From assembly GCA_035650735.1 (NCBI GenBank), contig DASRGZ010000198.1:1-64000 (forward strand): a DNA stretch of 64,000 nucleotides, written 5' to 3'. Both the position numbers and the translations under genes were made by a program. Every line of letters starts with the position of its first letter. Position 1 is the first letter of the stretch. Positions 59,265 to 64,000 of the stretch are shown in pieces. The notes below the pieces were generated by a model, which had not been told where the DNA came from, ran no database searches, and worked only from the letters and a program-made list of their open reading frames with translations. The stretch comes from Chthonomonadaceae bacterium (GTDB taxonomy: Bacteria; Armatimonadota; Chthonomonadetes; Chthonomonadales; Chthonomonadaceae).

Positions 59265-60272
59265 ATGTCCACACGCAACGTTCAGCTTGATATTGGCATC
59301 AATGGGGCGTTTCTGACCCGGCGCTGGGAGCAGCCCGACAACTGGATGCGCCTGACGCGCGAATGCGGCTATACCGTCCACTCGTTTTGCGGCGACGTGC
59401 TCGACCCCTTCTTTTCCGGCGAGCGCTCCTTCCAGTTGGAGCAGGCGCAGGCCACGCGCGAGGCGGCGGCAAAGTACGGCGTGACCATCTGCGACCTCTA
59501 TACCGGCGTCGCCACGCACCGCTTTCACGGCCTCTCGCATAGCGACCCGCGCCCGCGCCAGCGCATGAAGGAATGGATCCTCCAGGCGGCGGAACTGGCG
59601 GTCGCCATGGGAACGGACGCTCTCGGCGGCCACTGGGACGCCTTCTCCTGCGAAGTCCTGGCCGATCCCAGGCTCACCGCCGAGGCAACCCAGCGGCTCT
59701 ACGCCACGTTCCGCGACCTCTCCCACGAACTTAAAAGCCGGGGCGTCCGCGTGCTGATGCAGGAGCAGATGTATATTCCTAGCGAAAAGCCCTGGACGCT
59801 GCAGGAGTGCCAGGATTTCGTCCTCGCGGTCAACAAGGACAATCCCGGCGGCATCCCGGTACTGCCGACCCTGGACGTGGGGCACCAAGCGGGCATGCAC
59901 TACGGCCTGGACGGCGAAGACCTGGACTACCTGGCCTGGCTGCGCCGGTTCGCCTCCGTCGCAGAGGTCATCCACTTGCAGCAGACCACGCCGGACGCCT
60001 CACACCACTGGGCCTTCACGCCGGAGTATAATCAGCGCGGTCATGTGGACATCGAGAAGGCGCTGGAGGCCATCCGCTACAGCCACGAGCACCATCACGA
60101 GCAGCCGTTCGCCTCCTTCCTCAAGCCGGTAGAGCGCCACTGGCTCGTCGCCGAGATCATCCCCGGCTCCACCAAGACCGAAACCAAGCTCCTGGCCGAG
60201 CTCACGGAGAGCGCACGCTTCCTCCGCCAGTTTGTTCCCGAAGGCGGCCTGAACTGGACGCTCACCGGTTAA
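59265..60272 (+). CDS. Sugar-phosphate isomerase/epimerase (AP2/xylose-isomerase-like TIM barrel; EryC-like)
   Basis: GINGAFLTRRW, EQM...E, LDVGH, IHLQQT...HW.F. Confidence 0.78.
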   Translation: MSTRNVQLDIGINGAFLTRRWEQPDNWMRLTRECGYTVHSFCGDVLDPFFSGERSFQLEQAQATREAAAKYGVTICDLYTGVATHRFHGLSHSDPRPRQRMKEWILQAAELAVAMGTDALGGHWDAFSCEVLADPRLTAEATQRLYATFRDLSHELKSRGVRVLMQEQMYIPSEKPWTLQECQDFVLAVNKDNPGGIPVLPTLDVGHQAGMHYGLDGEDLDYLAWLRRFASVAEVIHLQQTTPDASHHWAFTPEYNQRGHVDIEKALEAIRYSHEHHHEQPFASFLKPVERHWLVAEIIPGSTKTETKLLAELTESARFLRQFVPEGGLNWTLTG

Positions 60273-60542
60273 GCCGGGCGCCCCTGATTCTCCGTTAGGA
60301 AGCGGGCAGGCGCCAGAAAAGCCCGCATATCCCCGTGGGACTATTCCGAGCGGCGCATGGAATAGTTTGGCTGTAGTGCGTTGCTGGACGGTGGAGAGCG
60401 CTGCTGCGCCCGGTGAAGGACCAGGAGCATACGCAGCGTTTCCCAACCGCGCCCCCTGTGGGCCGTGAGGCGACCTGTGTCGTCGGAGGGGCGGCGGTGG
60501 TCGCCAGCCTGTCGTATTGCCCCCGGAGAAGGAGCCTGTATT

Positions 60543-60773
60543 GTGAACGAGCGAAAACAAGAACGTTGCCTCTGGCTGACCCAGGAGGAGGCAATGGGCT
60601 TGCTGGATATAGCCGTGCTGGGTATTGGCGAGCTTTCCCCTGATCAGCGCGCTGCCATCGGGAAATTGAGTGACTTCTGCCGACAGTTCTTGCGCGAGGA
60701 GTGCGAAGCCGCCCCGGCTGCCACGCTGTCGCGCACCGGTGCCGTTTCGGTCTCGGTGCCTTACGCCGCCTAG
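60543..60773 (+). CDS. Small hypothetical protein (76 aa)
   Basis: AAGGAG RBS before GTG 60543; downstream hairpin. Confidence 0.6.
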   Translation: MNERKQERCLWLTQEEAMGLLDIAVLGIGELSPDQRAAIGKLSDFCRQFLREECEAAPAATLSRTGAVSVSVPYAA

Positions 60774-60879
60774 GTTACGCCAGCCCCGCCGTTCCGTCCG
60801 CAGGAAACCCATGCCTGGCCGGACGGAACGGTTCCCATCCTGCCACGTATTTCCCTGAAGAATGAGGGGGAGAACCGGC

Positions 60880-61593
60880 ATGGAATATCGAACGCTACAC
60901 GATTGGAACGTGACGCAGGATCAGGCGAAGCGCATTCAGCGGGAACTGGCCGGGCAGGTGCGCCAGGAGCCGCTGGACGTGGATTCGGTGCGCCTGGCCG
61001 CCGGTTCCGACATCTCCTTTGAGTCCGCCCTCGAACAGACCTCTGTCCCGGTTTACGCCGGCTTTGTCATCCTCCAGTTGCCGGAGCTGACCCCGGTGGA
61101 GCGCGCTGGCGTCGCCACCATCTCTCGCTTCCCCTATATTCCCGGACTGCTTTCCTTTCGCGAAGTCCCGCCGCTGCTCGAAGCCTGGTCGCGCCTGACG
61201 CGCCGCCCAGAGGCCCTGATCGCCGATGGGCAGGGCCTTGCCCATCCGCGCCGGTTCGGGCTGGCCTGCCATCTGGGCCTGGTGCTGGATCTGCCGACCG
61301 TCGGCGTCGCCAAGAGCCTGTTAGTCGGCAGGCATGATTCGGTCCCAGACGAGATCGGGGCCTGGGCGCCGCTGGTAGATAAGGGCGAAATCATCGGGGC
61401 GGCGCTACGGATGCGCCTGGGGGCCGCGCCGGTCTACGTCTCGGTGGGTCATCGGATCGATCTGCCGAGCGCCATCGCGCTGGTCCTGCGCTGCCGAGGC
61501 AAGACGCGCGTACCTGAGACGACGCGCCAGGCCCATCTCTTCGTCAACGCCCTGCGGCGCGGCGAGGAGATGCAAGAGATGCTGGAGCTCTAG
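60880..61593 (+). CDS. nfi: Endonuclease V
   Basis: D, FPYIPGLLSFRE, DGQGLAHPRRFGLACH, GVAK, VYVSVGH, PE.TR.AH. Confidence 0.95.
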   Translation: MEYRTLHDWNVTQDQAKRIQRELAGQVRQEPLDVDSVRLAAGSDISFESALEQTSVPVYAGFVILQLPELTPVERAGVATISRFPYIPGLLSFREVPPLLEAWSRLTRRPEALIADGQGLAHPRRFGLACHLGLVLDLPTVGVAKSLLVGRHDSVPDEIGAWAPLVDKGEIIGAALRMRLGAAPVYVSVGHRIDLPSAIALVLRCRGKTRVPETTRQAHLFVNALRRGEEMQEMLEL

Positions 61594-61644
61594 GTTTGTC
61601 CAGCTTATTAGTCTGGCAGTGAGGATACGGGCCAGAGTTGGAGC

Positions 61645-62997
61645 TTACTTTGTGGGCGGAATGACGAGAATTACCGGGTGATCGCTGATGGTCAATGGGA
61701 GCGAGCGTATCTCGCGGTGAGTCTGGATCGGCTCTACGCCGATCGTCGGATCATGCACGGAGAGGGACCGGAACGTGCGCCCCAAGTTCACGGTGACACG
61801 ATTGGAACCCTTTAGCTGTTCTCCCCACACGATCAATGCAAACGTGCCATCACTCTTCTGCAAGAGCATATCATGCACGGTGGTCGGTTCTTGCGGGATC
61901 GAGTAGTCGAGCTTGCCCGGCCTCTTGAGAAAGCCCGCGTCCGCCAGGATCGTCGTCAAATTATGCAGATACACGGCGGCTTTTCGCGGAGTATAATCTG
62001 GCCGGTAAAACCCGAACTGCTGATTGCCTGCCTCATCAACCCGATCTCTTAATAGGTAGATGGCTGTGTAACTCCAGCCCCGCTTGAACTGATCGAGGTA
62101 TATGCTCAGCAGATTAAGGGCATGAATCTCCTCCGTGACCGGCCCCCCAATAGCGGCTCCCGTCTCGGTAGTAACCCGGGGCAGCCTTATAAGGTCGGCT
62201 TCCGAATAGCCGGAATAGTGGCGTGCCCAGGTTCGACCGTGCTCGACAAACAAGCCGTCCACCTTGCAGGCGGAGGTCGGATCGGCCGCGTTCCACGCCT
62301 TGTTGTCCTCCAGGCCCGGCGCGTTCGGATGATAGATATAGTTGTGAACGTTGACGTAATCCGCATATTTCGTGCCTTCCGGCATCACGGTGCCGGCGCC
62401 TTTCGGGATGGTCAGGAACTGTAAGCCCACGTTGTCCGTTTCGGCGCCGACTTCACTGGCGGACCAGACCGGAAACCGCTTCAGCAGTGGATCCTCCTTG
62501 ACGGCCCGGTAGAGATCGCGCTGTAGCTTCGCGACGGGCGCCCAGCTCTGATCCCTGCCGCCGGCCTCGCCTTGATAGGTGATGCCCCAGTTGTTGGGCT
62601 CGTTTGGCCCTTCAAAGGCCAGCAGAGCGCCAGCCTTCGCTATTTGCCGGCCCGTTTCAATCAGCGTCGCGATATCGGAGCCGCCGCTTCCCAGGCCCCA
62701 ACTGAACCGAACGCCGGTCTGTCGGTGCAGGTCAATGCAGGGCTGCACAGCAGGGCCGTCGCCTGCCCGGAACCAGCGAACGCCGAGGTACCGGGCGCAC
62801 TCGATGGTCTTCGGAAGGTCCTCTCCACGCGTAAAGATGGAGGAGTTCGTGCCGATGGAATTAAGAAAGTCCGTAGCTCGCACTGCGGTTGTACCGGATG
62901 CGGCCAGAGGGGACCCCATCATTGCAGTGAGAGACAGGCCCAGCATGAGCCAGGAGGGCAAGCGCGCAAGCCGGTGGAGGAAAGCGCAGAGGGGCAT
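61645..62997 (-). CDS. Secreted putative glycoside hydrolase (clan GH-A-like)
   Basis: Signal peptide; DFLNSIG, FEGPNEP, TTETG, YLLRD, FG...DYTPR. Confidence 0.72.
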   Translation of the reverse strand: MPLCAFLHRLARLPSWLMLGLSLTAMMGSPLAASGTTAVRATDFLNSIGTNSSIFTRGEDLPKTIECARYLGVRWFRAGDGPAVQPCIDLHRQTGVRFSWGLGSGGSDIATLIETGRQIAKAGALLAFEGPNEPNNWGITYQGEAGGRDQSWAPVAKLQRDLYRAVKEDPLLKRFPVWSASEVGAETDNVGLQFLTIPKGAGTVMPEGTKYADYVNVHNYIYHPNAPGLEDNKAWNAADPTSACKVDGLFVEHGRTWARHYSGYSEADLIRLPRVTTETGAAIGGPVTEEIHALNLLSIYLDQFKRGWSYTAIYLLRDRVDEAGNQQFGFYRPDYTPRKAAVYLHNLTTILADAGFLKRPGKLDYSIPQEPTTVHDMLLQKSDGTFALIVWGEQLKGSNRVTVNLGRTFRSLSVHDPTIGVEPIQTHREIRSLPLTISDHPVILVIPPTK

Positions 62998-63068
62998 GGA
63001 ATGTATTCTCCCAGGACCTTGATAGGAACCGTTCTTAAAGGACGTTCACGCGCTCGCCCTGCGTGCGC

Positions 63069-63833
63069 TCAGCGTTTGGGTCGGCGCACGGCGTGCGGTC
63101 TGGTTCGCAGCGGGACGGAGCGCTCTTTGCGCAGGAAGACGAGCTTGCGCAGAATAGCCGTGCCGGGCAGCGTAATCTCGGCGACACGCTCCAGCCGGCC
63201 ACCCTGGGCGGATAGGGCCGGCCCTGCCGAGGCGATTTCTGCGTTGGCCTCCTGGCTCTTGTAGGCGACGGCAAGGCCGCCCACGCGCGCCAGCGGCAGC
63301 AGCCATTCGGCCAGCACGGGCATCTTCGCCACGGCGCGGGCGGTAACGACATCGTAGCGCTCGCGCTGGGACGGATCGCGCGCCAGCTCCTCGGCGCGGC
63401 CATGCAGAGTCCGCACGTTCGCCAGCCCCAGTTCCGCGATGACCTCATCCAGAAAGGCAAGGCGCTTGCGCGTGGCGTCCAGCAGCGTGACCGCCAGGCC
63501 GGGAAAAGTGATCGCTAGGGGCATTCCGGGGAAGCCTGCACCCGTGCCCACATCTATCAGGCGCGTGCCGGGCGTCGGCTTCCAGAAGGCGGCAAGCGCC
63601 AGCGAGTCGAGGAAGTGCAGCGGGACGATGTCCTCCGGGGCGATGCGGGTCAGGTTGAGGCGTTTGTTGCCCTCCTCCAGCAGATCGGCAAACCAGGCGA
63701 AGCGGTCCAGCGCGACCGTATCCAGGTCTATTCCCCACTCCGCCGCCCCCTGCTGGAGTTGCGCGCGCTGCTCAGGGCGAAACATCGTAACGGCGACTCC
63801 CTCTAGCCTGAAGCCGGCTTTGGTCTGGCTCAC
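63069..63833 (-). CDS. rsmG: 16S rRNA m7G527 methyltransferase
   Basis: NLTRI, HFLDSL, DVGTGAGFPG, GRAE, TARAVA; alternative start ATG 63785. Confidence 0.94.
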   Translation of the reverse strand: MSQTKAGFRLEGVAVTMFRPEQRAQLQQGAAEWGIDLDTVALDRFAWFADLLEEGNKRLNLTRIAPEDIVPLHFLDSLALAAFWKPTPGTRLIDVGTGAGFPGMPLAITFPGLAVTLLDATRKRLAFLDEVIAELGLANVRTLHGRAEELARDPSQRERYDVVTARAVAKMPVLAEWLLPLARVGGLAVAYKSQEANAEIASAGPALSAQGGRLERVAEITLPGTAILRKLVFLRKERSVPLRTRPHAVRRPKR

Positions 63834-63845
63834 TCCTTGCCTGCC

Positions 63846-63998
63846 TCAAAACACGGGCTTGTGCGGGACGAGAGTGACTTCGAGCACGCGGCAGAGATGC
63901 CCGTACAGCGCCACGTTATCCACGGACTTGAGCGTTCCGTCGAAGGCGATAAGGCGGGGCAGCAGAGCGCGCGTGGTGTCGCTATCCTCCACCGCCTG
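63846..63998 (-). CDS. 3' end of an unidentified CDS entering from beyond the window
   Basis: Open frame QAVEDSDTT...PHKPVF* with GC3 bias. Confidence 0.6.
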   Translation of the reverse strand, partial: QAVEDSDTTRALLPRLIAFDGTLKSVDNVALYGHLCRVLEVTLVPHKPVF

Positions 63999-64000
63999 TG

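Noticed and set aside
60407..60430. SRP RNA core (GAAGG...AGCA)
   Set aside because: Lacks the CAGG strand and GNRA tetraloop in the right register

Overview
GC-rich bacterial chromosomal window with no prophage, CRISPR array, integrase or intact transposase. Gene content (kdsB, heptose adenylyltransferase, PEP-CTERM proteins, sigma54 and sigma28 promoter motifs, STAND-TPR proteins, SpoIVB-propeller fusion) fits a diderm such as Armatimonadota; this taxonomy is inference only. Main blocks: a cell-surface sugar operon (GT2, galE, rfbA/C/B/D, rfaE2, UbiA-type phosphoribosyltransferase); three PEP-CTERM-type genes; a selenium locus missed by the ORF track (selD with in-frame TGA = Sec20 plus a SECIS-like hairpin, and tRNA-Sec); fmt/def, kdsB, hisF/hisI, nfi, rsmG; sugar-catabolic genes; an mhq-like dioxygenase/esterase cluster; and two STAND-TPR signalling proteins with different N-terminal domains. 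The most unusual signal is non-coding: a 45-bp structured element at four loci, with covarying stems, that nests inside other repeats and inside itself with a net +43 bp and no target duplication. Also present are a 70-bp MITE with a 9-bp TSD, a 233-bp TA-flanked MITE-like or structured element, and a MiaA-like prenyltransferase lacking its insertion domain. All calls come from reading motifs by eye; no database search was run.
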